Assembly (NCBI GenBank): GCA_965208105.1 | Contig: OZ242318.1 | Coordinates: 96,001 to 160,000, forward strand | Origin: Candidatus Latescibacterota bacterium | GTDB taxonomy: Bacteria > Latescibacterota > UBA2968 > UBA8231 | Direction: 5' to 3' | Length of the DNA: 64,000 nucleotides | Part shown: positions 42,849 through 53,222 of the stretch, piece after piece | How positions within the stretch are numbered: position 1 is the first letter of the stretch | How the letters are laid out: each line of letters begins with the position of its first letter | Program-made: the position numbers and the translations under genes | Notes under the pieces: generated by a model | What the model was told of the DNA's origin: nothing | The model's database searches: none | The model's input: the letters and a program-made list of their open reading frames with translations, nothing else

Positions 42849-44990
42849 GTGAATCCTGTTCTGGAGAACGAGCGCGTCCGGGTGGAATTCGAGGAAATCC
42901 ACGGAACGGTGGTCTCCTGCATCCACGAAGGCCACGGCAGGGATCTGGTCGGCGAGCCGCGCCTGGCGCAAAACTGGCGTCTGATGCTCAAGATGCCCGC
43001 CGGAGCAACCTACCTGGATGCCGGCGGGCAAACCCTCGACGACTGGGAGGTGGATGCTGGTTCCGCGGTCCTGCAGTGGCGCAAACTGGCGGCGCCCGAG
43101 GAAACCCTCGACATCTCCCTGCGCCAGGAGATCGAGCTGCAGGGCGACACCCTCACCGCGCGGCTTCACCTCTGCAACGATACCCCGTACTCCATCGAAG
43201 AGGTCTACCCCTTCTGCATCGGGGGCATGGCCAACTGGGAGGAGCAGGACGACTGGTACCTGTGCTGGCCGGGACTGGTCTGGGGCGGGGAGGAGTTCGC
43301 CTTCTATCGCGAGTTCCCCGGCAGCTACATCGGCCCCGCCAAGCCTGCCTTTGCCTTCACCTATCCGGGCACTTCCGTCGATTACTGGCAACAGAACCTG
43401 TCCATGTCCTGGACCACCCTGTACAACAAGCGGACGGGTCAGGCGGTCTACTTCGGCAACCACAATCCCGAGGTCGCCTTTTCCGCCTTCTGGGGCGAGT
43501 TGAGTCCCTCCGCCAGCTACGCCAACCCGCGCGGGCGCTGGGGTCCGCAGCTGTGGCCGCACCCCGGCCAGAGCGCCGGCGAGGCGGCGATCGGAGCATC
43601 CCTGGGCTGGGTGTTCTTCCCTTTCCTGCGTGGACCCGGCACCTACGCGAGTCCTCCGGTGGTCCTCGACTTTCACGCCGGCGGCTGGTGGGAGTCCGCG
43701 CGGCGCTACCGCCGCTGGTTCAACGACAACGTCGCCCGCATGGAATTCGACCCCGGCGGAATGGCGCAATGGGACGCCTGGCAGGCCACCTTCATGGACA
43801 CGCCCGAAGGCCGGGTGCGCCACCGCTTCGCCGATCTGCCCCGCCTCGCCGCCGAGGCCAGGGAGGCCGGAATCCACGTCATCCAGGTCAGCGGCTGGCA
43901 CGCCGGCGGCGTCGACTGCAACTACCCTATGATGTCCGAGCCGGAGCCGAGGCTGGGCACGCGCGAGGAGCTCGCCAGGGCGATCGAGCAATGCCAGGAA
44001 ATGGGGGTAACGGTGCTGATCTGGGCCAACGCCAACCAGATGAACCTGGAAACCGACTGGTACAAGGAAGAGTTGCACCGCTATGCCATCCGCAATCCCC
44101 ACGGCGACCCGCAGATGCCCCTGGGCTACGGCTTCGACAGCCTGCTCCACCTCATGGGCTACGCGGTGCCGCGCATGGTGGCCGGAAATATGGCCCATCC
44201 CCGCTTGCGGAGCATCATCCTGGCGGAGTGGGAGAAGGTGCACGCCCTCGGCGCGGGGGCCTTCCTCATCGACAAGGTCATCAGCGGCGAGCCCTATCAC
44301 CTGGATTTCAACCCGGACGCCCCGGGCCGCATCGAGTCCAGCGCGCACCAGAGCCTCCTTGACGCGGTCGCCGCTTTCTCCAGGCGGCTCAGGGAGGACG
44401 GGGTCCCGGTGGCCCTCGAGACGGGCTGGGACCGGATGATGCCGCACTGCAGCGCTCTCTACACGAGGTACTTCGGGCAGGACCACATTCCGGTGCAGGA
44501 GGTGGTCTTTCCGGAGGTCAAACCGAGCTGCTGCCTGGGAGGGGACTTCGACTTCGGCCTGGTCAACAAATGCCTGCGCTTCGGCCACATCATGGTCATA
44601 GAGGGGATAAACAAGGGGGGAAGCATCGCCGACTTCGAGTACCTGCAACCCTACGTCAAGGAGGCGCTCCGCCTGCGCCGGGAGCTGGCGGACAACATCT
44701 GGTGGTCGGAGGTGATCGAGCAGGACGTCGCCGAGGTCAGGCACGACGGCGCGGTCTTCGCGGGGGCGCACCGGTCGCGGCGGCAAAGACCGGCTTCGGG
44801 GTCTGCGCTCGCACTGGTGCTGCAGCACTACCAGCGCGGCTCGGAACGGGTGGAGATTTCCTTCAACGATCCCCGCTGGAAGACCGCCTTGCTCTACCGC
44901 CCCTTCGCCGAGCCGGAAAAGGCATCCCTTCCCCTGACGACCGAAATTCCCCAGGATCGCGTCCTCGTCGTTATCCCGCAGCGGGACTGA
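42849..44990 (+). CDS. Putative glycoside-hydrolase-like TIM-barrel protein (DUF6259-like)
   Basis: 713 aa; GW..GG.D..YP...P..RLG..EEL..AI motif; RBS GGAGG; family assignment from memory. Confidence 0.6.
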   Translation: MNPVLENERVRVEFEEIHGTVVSCIHEGHGRDLVGEPRLAQNWRLMLKMPAGATYLDAGGQTLDDWEVDAGSAVLQWRKLAAPEETLDISLRQEIELQGDTLTARLHLCNDTPYSIEEVYPFCIGGMANWEEQDDWYLCWPGLVWGGEEFAFYREFPGSYIGPAKPAFAFTYPGTSVDYWQQNLSMSWTTLYNKRTGQAVYFGNHNPEVAFSAFWGELSPSASYANPRGRWGPQLWPHPGQSAGEAAIGASLGWVFFPFLRGPGTYASPPVVLDFHAGGWWESARRYRRWFNDNVARMEFDPGGMAQWDAWQATFMDTPEGRVRHRFADLPRLAAEAREAGIHVIQVSGWHAGGVDCNYPMMSEPEPRLGTREELARAIEQCQEMGVTVLIWANANQMNLETDWYKEELHRYAIRNPHGDPQMPLGYGFDSLLHLMGYAVPRMVAGNMAHPRLRSIILAEWEKVHALGAGAFLIDKVISGEPYHLDFNPDAPGRIESSAHQSLLDAVAAFSRRLREDGVPVALETGWDRMMPHCSALYTRYFGQDHIPVQEVVFPEVKPSCCLGGDFDFGLVNKCLRFGHIMVIEGINKGGSIADFEYLQPYVKEALRLRRELADNIWWSEVIEQDVAEVRHDGAVFAGAHRSRRQRPASGSALALVLQHYQRGSERVEISFNDPRWKTALLYRPFAEPEKASLPLTTEIPQDRVLVVIPQRD

Positions 44991-45077
44991 TGCAGGTAAG
45001 CCACCTGGGCCGGCAATTTTGCAGGCTGCCTCGATACACCTGGCTACTACCCATCAACCCAAGGAGGATTCCATTCC

Positions 45078-46547
45078 ATGAGCCCGAAATCCAGCCTGGC
45101 GCCCGCCGGTCTGGCAGTCATTTTGTGTCTGGCCGCGCCCTCCACCGCCCGGGAGGTTGCTGTGTTCACGGTGCCGTTGGGGGAACGGCAGCTTTTCCTC
45201 GACGATGCCGGCATAGCGCAGATGGAGGGCCTCATCCGCACCATGCACCAGCCGGTGAAGAAAGGAGCGGTGATCCGGCCCGACTACCTGGAGCGCGGCG
45301 AACATCATCTCCAGACTCGCAATGCGCCGAACTGGGACCGCGAGCGGCAGGTCTTCAGGTTCCTGCTGACCGGGACCTCAGGGAGGCAGAGCATCTCGAC
45401 CGTCTGGGAGAGCCGGGACGGCCTGCACTGGACTCGGGCGGGAAGGTCGGACATGGTAATCTACGCCGTGGTCTACGACCCCACCGATCCCGATCCCGCG
45501 CGCCGCTACAAGTCGGTCTCTCCGCGCCGTGTCGCCGTATCCCCCGACATGCTCACCTGGACCTCGCTGGGCAATCCCAGGATTCCCGCAAGCGACGAAT
45601 ACAACCTCTCCTTCGACGAGAAGGGCGGGCTCTTCATACTGACCGTGAAGAGAGGTGGCCCCTACGGACGATCCCACGCCCTCCTCACCAACGAGAACCC
45701 GGAGAACTTCGAGGAGTGGAAGGACCACGGGCTGCTCTTTCACGCCGACGCCCGAGACCAGGAGGAAGGGCGCGATGCGATCAAGGCGCTGATGGTGGAA
45801 CTGGTTGCCGACCCCAGGCTGGAGCAGACCGATTTCTACGCCGAGGGCAACTATGTCGTCGACATCTACAACACACCTGTCTTCCGCTATGAGAGCCACT
45901 ACCTGGCGCTGCCGGCCATACATCCCTCCATCACCATGGACCTGAACGATCCCAGCGACAACATCGCCTTCAAGATCCCCCAGCTCATGTGCAGCCGCGA
46001 CCTGAGCCAGTGGAGGAGACTGGGCGACCGCCAGGACTTCATCGGCCTGTCCCGCACCGAGAGCGGCGCCTATGACCTGTGCGTGGCTTTCCCCCCTTCG
46101 AGCCCGGTTGTCCGCGGCGACGAGCTCTGGTTCTACTATGAGGGAGTCACGGATATCGGCTGGCCTCCCAAGACCGGGTTTGACCTGGAGCGCAGGGACT
46201 GGAAGCACTACCGGCCGGACCGCGGCGCCATCTGCCTGGCCGTGCTGCGCCGGGACGGATTCATCTCCCTTGACGCGGGGGAAAGAACAGGCCTGGTCCT
46301 TACCCGGCCATTCACCGTTCCCGGCCCCAGCCTTCGGCTCAACGCCGACGCCTGGGAAGGAGAGGTGCGCGTCGAGGTGATCGCCGAGGACGGAAGGATA
46401 GCGGCGCGCTCGGAGCCGGTTTTGGGGGACCAGCCCGCCACCGAGGTGGTATGGCAGGAGGGAAACATCTCCGGCCTCGAGTCGAGGACGGTGCAACTGC
46501 GCTTCGAATTGCGCCAAGCCAGGCTTTACGCCTTTTGGTTCGAGTGA
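45078..46547 (+). CDS. Secreted beta-propeller (GH32/43-like) hypothetical protein
   Basis: Signal peptide; RQLF.DD, ES.DGLHW and SRD...W Asp-box-like repeats, ELWFYY.G, LRRDGF.SL. Confidence 0.6.
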   Translation: MSPKSSLAPAGLAVILCLAAPSTAREVAVFTVPLGERQLFLDDAGIAQMEGLIRTMHQPVKKGAVIRPDYLERGEHHLQTRNAPNWDRERQVFRFLLTGTSGRQSISTVWESRDGLHWTRAGRSDMVIYAVVYDPTDPDPARRYKSVSPRRVAVSPDMLTWTSLGNPRIPASDEYNLSFDEKGGLFILTVKRGGPYGRSHALLTNENPENFEEWKDHGLLFHADARDQEEGRDAIKALMVELVADPRLEQTDFYAEGNYVVDIYNTPVFRYESHYLALPAIHPSITMDLNDPSDNIAFKIPQLMCSRDLSQWRRLGDRQDFIGLSRTESGAYDLCVAFPPSSPVVRGDELWFYYEGVTDIGWPPKTGFDLERRDWKHYRPDRGAICLAVLRRDGFISLDAGERTGLVLTRPFTVPGPSLRLNADAWEGEVRVEVIAEDGRIAARSEPVLGDQPATEVVWQEGNISGLESRTVQLRFELRQARLYAFWFE

Positions 46548-46580
46548 TCGACTAGGCGGAGACCGGTTTTTCGGATCTGC

Positions 46581-46745
46581 TAGTGCCTGCTTGCGTAAGT
46601 AAGCGTACGAACGAGGTCGCAGAAGCGCCCGGCTCGCCAGGCGCCTGAGCGAGTCGTACCTGGAGTGTACGGCGAGGGAGGGCAACGCCGCGAGCCGGGA
46701 TGCAGCGGCGGCCGAATTCACGCGGAATTGCGCAAGCAGGCACTA
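46581..46745. repeat. Divergent, inverted copy 4 of the structured repeat (different terminal arms, same core); overlaps a TAG stop codon
   Basis: CTAGTGCCTGCTTGCG...CGCAAGCAGGCACTAG; reverse-complement core CATCCCGGCTCGCGGCGTTGCC..CTCGCCGTACAC..GGTACGACTCGCTCAGGCGCCT..GAGCCGGGCGC matches copies 1-3. Confidence 0.85.
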
Positions 46746-47717
46746 GAATCCTTCCTTCTTGTCGCAGACGTAGAGGAAGGGCTCTCCGGCGAGATATCTC
46801 CGCAGGTTCTCCTTGAAGGCCTCGCGCCGGCCGATGTAGAGGCTGGGGGTGAAGGCCGAGGCGTGCGGCGAGAGCAGGATATTGGGAGTGTCCCACAGGG
46901 GGCTGTCGGGGGCCGGAGGCTCCTTCTCGGTGGCGTCGATGCCCGCGCCCGCCAGGTCTCCGGAGCGCACGGCCCGGCCCAGCGCCTCCTCGTCGACGAT
47001 GCCGCCGCGGGAGATGACGATGAGGTGGGCGGAGCTCTTCATCAGGCCGATGCGGCGGCGGTCGATCAGTCCCCGCGTCTCGGCCGTGCGGGGGGCGGTC
47101 ACCACGAACCAGTCGGACATTTCCAGCAACTGGTCCAGCCGGTCCAGGCCCCAGACCTCCCTGGCGTGGGGGGAGGGCCTGGGGAACTTGTCCACCGCAT
47201 AGACTTCCATTTCGAAGCCACTCGCCCGCCTGGCCACCCTCTGACCGATGTTGCCGAAGCCCAGGATTCCGAGGACCTGGCCCTCCAGGTCGATCTGCCT
47301 CCAGGGGTAGTCGAAGGTGCGCCACTGCCTCGTCTTCTGCTGGCCCAGCATCTCGTGCAGCTTCTGGGCGAGGACGGTTATGAAGGCGAAGACATGGGTC
47401 GCCATGGGGCTCACGTGGGGTTCGCGGGCGTTGGTGACGGGGATGTCGCTGGCGGCGATCTCCGGAACGCGGAGGACCCCGTCGATCCCCGTACCGGGAC
47501 AGTGGATCCACTTGAGGCGGGGGGCCGCCAGAAAGAACTCGCGCGAAGGCCAGCCGCAGAAGATCTCGGCCTCGGACGCGGCGGCCAGCTCCTCTTCGTC
47601 GGTCTCGCACCAGGCGAAATCGACTCCGGGAAAGGTGGCCTCCAGGTCCCTGATCACCACGTCGTCGGGCTCGCCCGGTCCGACCCCACCGCCCATGGGT
47701 GTAACGATGACTTTCAT
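46743..47717 (-). CDS. D-2-hydroxyacid dehydrogenase
   Basis: GILGFGNIG, ISRG..VDE.AL, EP, SPH; start MKVIV at 47717. Confidence 0.92.
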   Translation of the reverse strand: MKVIVTPMGGGVGPGEPDDVVIRDLEATFPGVDFAWCETDEEELAAASEAEIFCGWPSREFFLAAPRLKWIHCPGTGIDGVLRVPEIAASDIPVTNAREPHVSPMATHVFAFITVLAQKLHEMLGQQKTRQWRTFDYPWRQIDLEGQVLGILGFGNIGQRVARRASGFEMEVYAVDKFPRPSPHAREVWGLDRLDQLLEMSDWFVVTAPRTAETRGLIDRRRIGLMKSSAHLIVISRGGIVDEEALGRAVRSGDLAGAGIDATEKEPPAPDSPLWDTPNILLSPHASAFTPSLYIGRREAFKENLRRYLAGEPFLYVCDKKEGF

Positions 47718-48144
47718 CCGGAAGTCCCCTTTCTCGAGACGTTGCCGTTGTCTTCCGCGGCTCCCGACTCGGGGTGGTTGGTGGAAGAATCGACCGCGAA
47801 GGCCGCAATGACCCACAGCCTCGGATGAGTTGGGCAATCACCGAGGGACTTGCCGCCTCCGCACCTGAGTCTTCGCGGTCAGGATAATATGGCCACGGGG
47901 AGGCAGCGGCAACAGGGCAGGGGCAGTGCGGGACAGATGGGCGGGCGGTCGTCAGCACAGGACTGGGCCAACGGGTCTCAGACGCCAGGTCCGTTCTCCC
48001 GGTGGTTGACCGCTGCTGAAATGCCTGCTTATACTTCCTCCTCCTTGCGCTGGTATCATGGGCCGCAGGTGGTCTTTCGCGGCGCTGAATCCTGTGGCGA
48101 CAAACCATCGCGGACCACGCCGTTCCGCTGGGAGGAAGAAAGAT

Positions 48145-49542
48145 ATGGACGACTCACTGGACCAATTGCTGGCCGGGCTGATATTCACCTCCCGCGAGCT
48201 GCGCTCCAACCTGGAGACCCTCTGCGACGACCTGGGCAGCCGCTTCGCCGGCACCAGGGAGGAGGAGCAGGCCTCGCAATTCCTGCTGGACAAGCTGCGC
48301 CAATACGGGTTGACCGGGGTGCACGCCGAGGAGTTCGAGTACCACGGGTGGACCCGCGGGCAGGCGCGGCTGCAGGTGATCGAGCCCTGGCAGCGGGAGC
48401 TGACCTGTCTCTCCCTGCCCATGTCCCCTCCAGGATCGGTGCGGGGAAGAATCGTCGATCTGGACCGCGGCGCGCCGGAGGATTTCGACGCCGAATCCGC
48501 GCGGCTGCGGGGAAACATCGCCCTGGTGAACATCGCCAATCCGGTCTCCGCCGGGCGCTGGGTGCAGCGCATCGAGAAGTACAACCGCGCCGTTCTCGCC
48601 GGTGCCGGCGCGTTCATCTTCATGGGCAACGAGGAAGGCTACGGGCCGGTTACCGGGGCCCTCGGATTCAACCGCTGGGGGCTGATCCCTGGGATCGCCG
48701 TAAGCCGGGAGACGGGCTTGCTGCTGCGCCGCCTGCTGCGCCGCGGCGAGGTGGAGGTGGAGGTCGAGACCACCGACCGGCTCTCCCGCAAAACCTCGTG
48801 GAACCTGATCGGCGATATCGCCCCTGCTGGTGAGGAGGCTGATCCCAGCGTGATTTTCGGATGCCACTACGACGGTCACGACCTCGCCCAGGGAGCCCAA
48901 GATCCCATCTCGGGACTGGTGGCGACCCTGGAGGCGGCGCGGGCCCTGACCGCGCACCGGGACCGCCTTAAAAGACCGCTGCGGGTGATCCTGTTCGGGG
49001 TCGAGGAGCTGGGCCTTATCGGGGCCCATGCCTACGTCGACGCCCACCAGGAGCAGCTGGACCATGTGCGCTTCATGCTCAACCTGGACGCCTCTGGAGG
49101 ACCCCCGCCGCGGGCCCTGTTCCTCTACGGCCAGGATACCCGTCCCTACTTTCGCGCCCTCGCCTCGGAGTTCGACGAGGACCTCATCGTCGACATGGAC
49201 CGCTCGCCGCTGCGCGAGCCCGAGCACATCTCCGCCGACCACTATCCGTTCATGGCCGCCGGGGTTCCCAGCTCCTTCCTGCGCGACCCGGGGTTCAGCA
49301 TCTCCGCCGGGTTCTACCACACCGCCCACGATACGGTGGACAAGCTTCGCCTGACGGATATCAGGGAGGCCGCCTTTCTCGCCGCGAGGCTGATGTGGCG
49401 CGTGGCCAACGAGGACCGCTGGCCCTTCTCCAGGACTCCCGCGGAGGAGCGCCTCAGGTTGCAGCGCGAGTACGACCGCCTGGAGGTGCGCCGGGTCGAG
49501 TCGGAGGTGGAGAAACTGCGCGCCGGCAAGATGGAGAAATAG
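48145..49542 (+). CDS. M28 family metallopeptidase with PA domain
   Basis: GSRFAGT, HYD, GAQD..SG, EELGL.G, NLD, DH.PF, YHT..DT.DK. Confidence 0.88.
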   Translation: MDDSLDQLLAGLIFTSRELRSNLETLCDDLGSRFAGTREEEQASQFLLDKLRQYGLTGVHAEEFEYHGWTRGQARLQVIEPWQRELTCLSLPMSPPGSVRGRIVDLDRGAPEDFDAESARLRGNIALVNIANPVSAGRWVQRIEKYNRAVLAGAGAFIFMGNEEGYGPVTGALGFNRWGLIPGIAVSRETGLLLRRLLRRGEVEVEVETTDRLSRKTSWNLIGDIAPAGEEADPSVIFGCHYDGHDLAQGAQDPISGLVATLEAARALTAHRDRLKRPLRVILFGVEELGLIGAHAYVDAHQEQLDHVRFMLNLDASGGPPPRALFLYGQDTRPYFRALASEFDEDLIVDMDRSPLREPEHISADHYPFMAAGVPSSFLRDPGFSISAGFYHTAHDTVDKLRLTDIREAAFLAARLMWRVANEDRWPFSRTPAEERLRLQREYDRLEVRRVESEVEKLRAGKMEK

Positions 49543-49576
49543 TTCTGGAGGGACCCAACCCTGGGACAGCCTTGAA

Positions 49577-50767
49577 CTATGGACCGCCGAATACCAGGTG
49601 GGAGCGGAGGTAGTCGAGGTTGATTTCGGCCCCCAGACCGGGACCCTCGGGAACGGTCAGGCGGCCGCTGCGGATGTCCAGGCCGGGCTCGATCAAGGCG
49701 CTATAGGCGCTGAGCTCGTAGCGCGAGGTCTCCAGCTTGTAGAAGTTCGGCGTCGTCATCATCACGTGAGCCCCGGCCAGAATGTTTATGGGGCCGCCGG
49801 CGTCGTGGGGCGACACCGGGACGTAGTAGGCCTCCGCCATGGCGGCGATCTTCCTGAGCTCGGAGATGCCGCCGGTCCAGGTCACGTCCGGCATGATGAA
49901 GTCGGCCAGCCCCTTCTCCAGGATGGGGACGAACTCCCAGCGCGTGTGGAGCCGCTCGCCCACCGAGATCTTCACCCCGACCTCCTTGCGCACCTGCTCC
50001 AGGGCGCGATGGCTCTCCACCGGCACCGGCTCCTCGAACCAGTGGATGTCGTGCCTGGCCAGCCTGTTGGCCAGCTCGATGGCGGTGGGGACGTTGTACA
50101 TGCCGTGGGCGTCGACGAGGATCTCGATGTCGGGCCCCACGGCCTCGCGCACCGCTGCGACGATCTCGTCGGCGGTGGCCATGCCCTCCCTGCTCAACTG
50201 TCCGTCGATGTATCCCCCGTGATTCCCGGGAATGAAGCGCATCATCGGGTCGAACTTGAAGGCTTCGTAGCCTGCGTCGACGATCTGCCGGGCGTCGGCG
50301 ATGGCGTCGGGCACCGTGCGGGGTTCGGGAGGATGGGTGTAGAGGGCGATGCTGTCCCTTACCTTGCCCCCGAGAAGCTGGTATATGGGAAGCCCCAGCT
50401 CCTTGCCGCGGATGTCCCAGAGGGCGATGTCGATGGCGCTGATGAGAGCGGAGGTGGCTCCCCTGGAGCCCATGTAGGTGAAGGAGCGAAAGGTCCTGTG
50501 CCACAGGCGCTCGATCTGGTCGGCGTCCTCGCCGGCCAGAAAGTCGCCGGCCTGGGCGATCATCGCCGCGATGGCGCGGTTCGCCACCGGTCCGGGATAG
50601 GTGGTCACCTCTCCCCAGCCGGTGATCCCGGCGTCGGTATCTACCTGGACCAGCACGAGCTGGCGGTCCCCGGTCACCCGCTCCTGCTCAGCTCCAATGC
50701 GCATCTCCCATGGGAAGCTGATGACCCAGGGGGTAACCTTGCTGATCCTGATGGCATTTCCGCCCAT
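49577..50767 (-). CDS. Mandelate racemase/muconate lactonizing enzyme family dehydratase
   Basis: SAIDIALWDIRGK, KFD, VDAHG, WFEEP, GER, GGISE, PH, GPGLG. Confidence 0.9.
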   Translation of the reverse strand: MGGNAIRISKVTPWVISFPWEMRIGAEQERVTGDRQLVLVQVDTDAGITGWGEVTTYPGPVANRAIAAMIAQAGDFLAGEDADQIERLWHRTFRSFTYMGSRGATSALISAIDIALWDIRGKELGLPIYQLLGGKVRDSIALYTHPPEPRTVPDAIADARQIVDAGYEAFKFDPMMRFIPGNHGGYIDGQLSREGMATADEIVAAVREAVGPDIEILVDAHGMYNVPTAIELANRLARHDIHWFEEPVPVESHRALEQVRKEVGVKISVGERLHTRWEFVPILEKGLADFIMPDVTWTGGISELRKIAAMAEAYYVPVSPHDAGGPINILAGAHVMMTTPNFYKLETSRYELSAYSALIEPGLDIRSGRLTVPEGPGLGAEINLDYLRSHLVFGGP

Positions 50768-50770
50768 TTC

Positions 50771-51760
50771 CTATTTCCCTTTCTCCTCGTCCATTCCCCG
50801 TTCGAGGCGGACCGAGGCGACCTGCCGGCCTTCCAGAGTGAAGTCCGGACCTGCTCCACCGGGACGGAATCCCAGGGCTTCGAAGCGGGAGCCTTTGTCC
50901 TCGTCCTCGACGGACAAGGTTGCCCTCAAGGCCGTGGCCCGATGCTCGCGTCCCCAGCCCGCTGCAGCCTCGATCAGTCCGGGCCAGGCATGCTCGTAGT
51001 TCCGGTGGGTGAAACCGTCCACCTGGCATGACCCGGATTCGCCGAGACTAACGCTGGAGAGTCCCACCAGGCGTCCGGCGCCGGTGCGCGCGGCGAACCA
51101 GGCTCCGCGCCCGTCCCGTGCCAGGGCATGGTAGCGGGGATAGAGGCCCATGCACGAAGACTGGGTGGCGTAGCGGGTGGAATGGACCTCGACGTTGGCG
51201 TCCAGGACCTGCCAATCGTGGGGACAGACGATCAGGGGAATCATGGGGATGCGGTCCGCGGCGCCGCCGGGAGCGATGGTTGCGCCGGCATCTCCGCTGA
51301 AGTAGTCCACCAGGAAATCCTCTGGGGATCCGCCCATGGCAATCAGGGCCATGACGTTGGCCCCGGCCAACTTGCGCCATCCGAGCCGGTGATATACCCG
51401 GGCGGCCTCCGGATTGCCGGTGCCGAGGAAGAGGGCCTGGCCGAGCTGACGGCGGAAATCATTGCGCGCCTGTTCGCAGAGAAGTGCCGCGATCCCCCGG
51501 CGGCGATATTGCGGCAGCGTCGCCACCTCTCCCAGTCCGCCGAGTTGGGGCAAAGTCCTCGAAATGGTCAGGCAGCAGGTGCCCAGCAGGCGCTCCCCCT
51601 CCCGCACCAGGTAGACGCAGTTGCGATTGTCGACGCTCTCGGAGCCGCCGAGCTGGCCGATGAAACCTGCGTAGGAGGAGGCGAAGATTTCCTCCCAGAA
51701 TCGGGTCACCGCCTCGATCAGCTCCCCGGGCAGAGGCGGGTTGAACTTCAGGTAATTCAC
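50771..51760 (-). CDS. GNAT N-acetyltransferase (tandem GNAT fold)
   Basis: VAT.P.YRRRGIA, N..A..VY.RLGW; second repeat ending FEALGF. Confidence 0.82.
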   Translation of the reverse strand: MNYLKFNPPLPGELIEAVTRFWEEIFASSYAGFIGQLGGSESVDNRNCVYLVREGERLLGTCCLTISRTLPQLGGLGEVATLPQYRRRGIAALLCEQARNDFRRQLGQALFLGTGNPEAARVYHRLGWRKLAGANVMALIAMGGSPEDFLVDYFSGDAGATIAPGGAADRIPMIPLIVCPHDWQVLDANVEVHSTRYATQSSCMGLYPRYHALARDGRGAWFAARTGAGRLVGLSSVSLGESGSCQVDGFTHRNYEHAWPGLIEAAAGWGREHRATALRATLSVEDEDKGSRFEALGFRPGGAGPDFTLEGRQVASVRLERGMDEEKGK

Positions 51761-51968
51761 CAGACCCTCCTGGCAACTGCCGAATGCGCTTGTCCTCCAA
51801 CCTGGTCAAGATAATCGATCTTCCCCGGGGTCCTGTCCAGGATCGAGGATATCGAGGGGCATTTGCCCCTTCAGCGGACTGGTTTATAATTTGGACAGGC
51901 TCAAAGCGAAGCCGATCCTTCCCCCGACCGAAGGGGAAGGCTCCGGCCCGCACGAGAAGGAGGCAATA

Positions 51969-52970
51969 ATGGAATACCGCAGTCTGGGGAGGACAGGCAC
52001 GAAGGTGAGCTCGCTGTGCCTGGGGTGCCTGATGTTTGGCGGCCGGACCAGCGAGTCCGACTCCATGGACATCATCGACAGGGCCATCGACGAGGGCGTC
52101 AATTTCCTCGACACCGCCAACATGTACGTTCGCGGAAGAAGTGAAGAAATGGTGGGCAAAGCTTTGCAGCGCAACGGGAAGAGGGACCGGATCGTGTTGG
52201 CCACCAAGGTCCACTACCGCATGGACGACGACGATCCCAACGCCCAGGGCAACAGCCGCCGCCATATCGTGGAGCAGTGCGAGGCTTCGCTGCGGCGCCT
52301 GCAGACGAATTACATCGACCTCTACCAGATCCACCGTCCCTGCTCCGACGTACCCATCGACGAGACCCTCCGGGCCCTGGACGATCTGATTCGCGCCGGC
52401 AAGGTGCGCTATATCGGCAGCAGCACCTTCGCCGCCTGGCAGGTGGTGGAATCCCTGTGGGCGGCCAGGGAGCTGGGGCTCAACCGCTTCGTCTGCGAGC
52501 AGCCGCCCTACCACCTGCTGGACCGGAGCATCGAGCGCGAGCTCGTGCCCATGGCCCTCACCTATGGAACGGCGCTCATCCCGTGGGCGCCCATGGCGGG
52601 GGGGTTTCTCACCGGCAAGTACCGGCGCGGCGGGGAGCGTCCGGGGGACGCGCGCTACCAGGACGAGAGCCAGCACGAGGGTCTGTTCTCGGATGCGGCC
52701 TACGACGTCCTGGACGTGGTTGTGGAAATGGCCGAGGAAAAGGGATGCACTCCGGGCCAGTTAGCCCTGGCCTGGTGCGCCCGGCAGCCGGGGATCACCA
52801 GTCCCATCGTCGGGGTGCGCACCATGGCGCAACTGGAGGAAAACCTGGGGGCGGCCGAGGTGCAGGTGAGCGACGAAGAGTGCGCCCGCATCGACCAGGT
52901 TGCCCCCCCGGGTCAGGCCATCGCCCTCTACTACAGGGCGGACTTCGGCCCCCATTCCTTCCACTGGTAG
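51969..52970 (+). CDS. Aldo/keto reductase (canonical)
   Basis: LG.TG.KVS.LCLG, DTANMY, ATK, IDLYQIH, GKVRYIG, WAP.AGG.LTGKY. Confidence 0.93.
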   Translation: MEYRSLGRTGTKVSSLCLGCLMFGGRTSESDSMDIIDRAIDEGVNFLDTANMYVRGRSEEMVGKALQRNGKRDRIVLATKVHYRMDDDDPNAQGNSRRHIVEQCEASLRRLQTNYIDLYQIHRPCSDVPIDETLRALDDLIRAGKVRYIGSSTFAAWQVVESLWAARELGLNRFVCEQPPYHLLDRSIERELVPMALTYGTALIPWAPMAGGFLTGKYRRGGERPGDARYQDESQHEGLFSDAAYDVLDVVVEMAEEKGCTPGQLALAWCARQPGITSPIVGVRTMAQLEENLGAAEVQVSDEECARIDQVAPPGQAIALYYRADFGPHSFHW

Positions 52971-53087
52971 TGTTTTCTTGAGAAGTGCCGGATGCGGAAG
53001 GCGACCCCCCGCCGGATCTGATGGGGTCGACGGGGGATTCACTGCGGGGCCAACTGATTCGCAGGCCTGTCCTGGCCGCGGCTCTCA

Positions 53088-53198
53088 GTCGAGGGTGACG
53101 AAGGCAACACCAGGTACTGGTACCGGCGGGCCAGCAAACTCCGCAGCAAGGCGGCGTTCGCCGAGGAAAGGGACGAGATCGTCGTGACGCTCCTGGAA
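53088..53198 (+). pseudogene. C-terminal remnant of a conserved small hypothetical protein (EGD..N.YWY motif)
   Basis: Reads VEGDEGNTRYWYRRASK...FAEERDEIVVTLLE; in-frame TGA at 53055 and no start codon; runs in frame into the next gene. Confidence 0.5.
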
Positions 53199-53222
53199 AC
53201 ATTGCAAGCCCATGGCGGTCTC

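Noticed and set aside
47718-48144. 430-bp intergenic gap as a riboswitch or sRNA (also 25983-26232)
   Set aside because: No recognisable aptamer consensus or strong stem by eye; would need an Rfam scan
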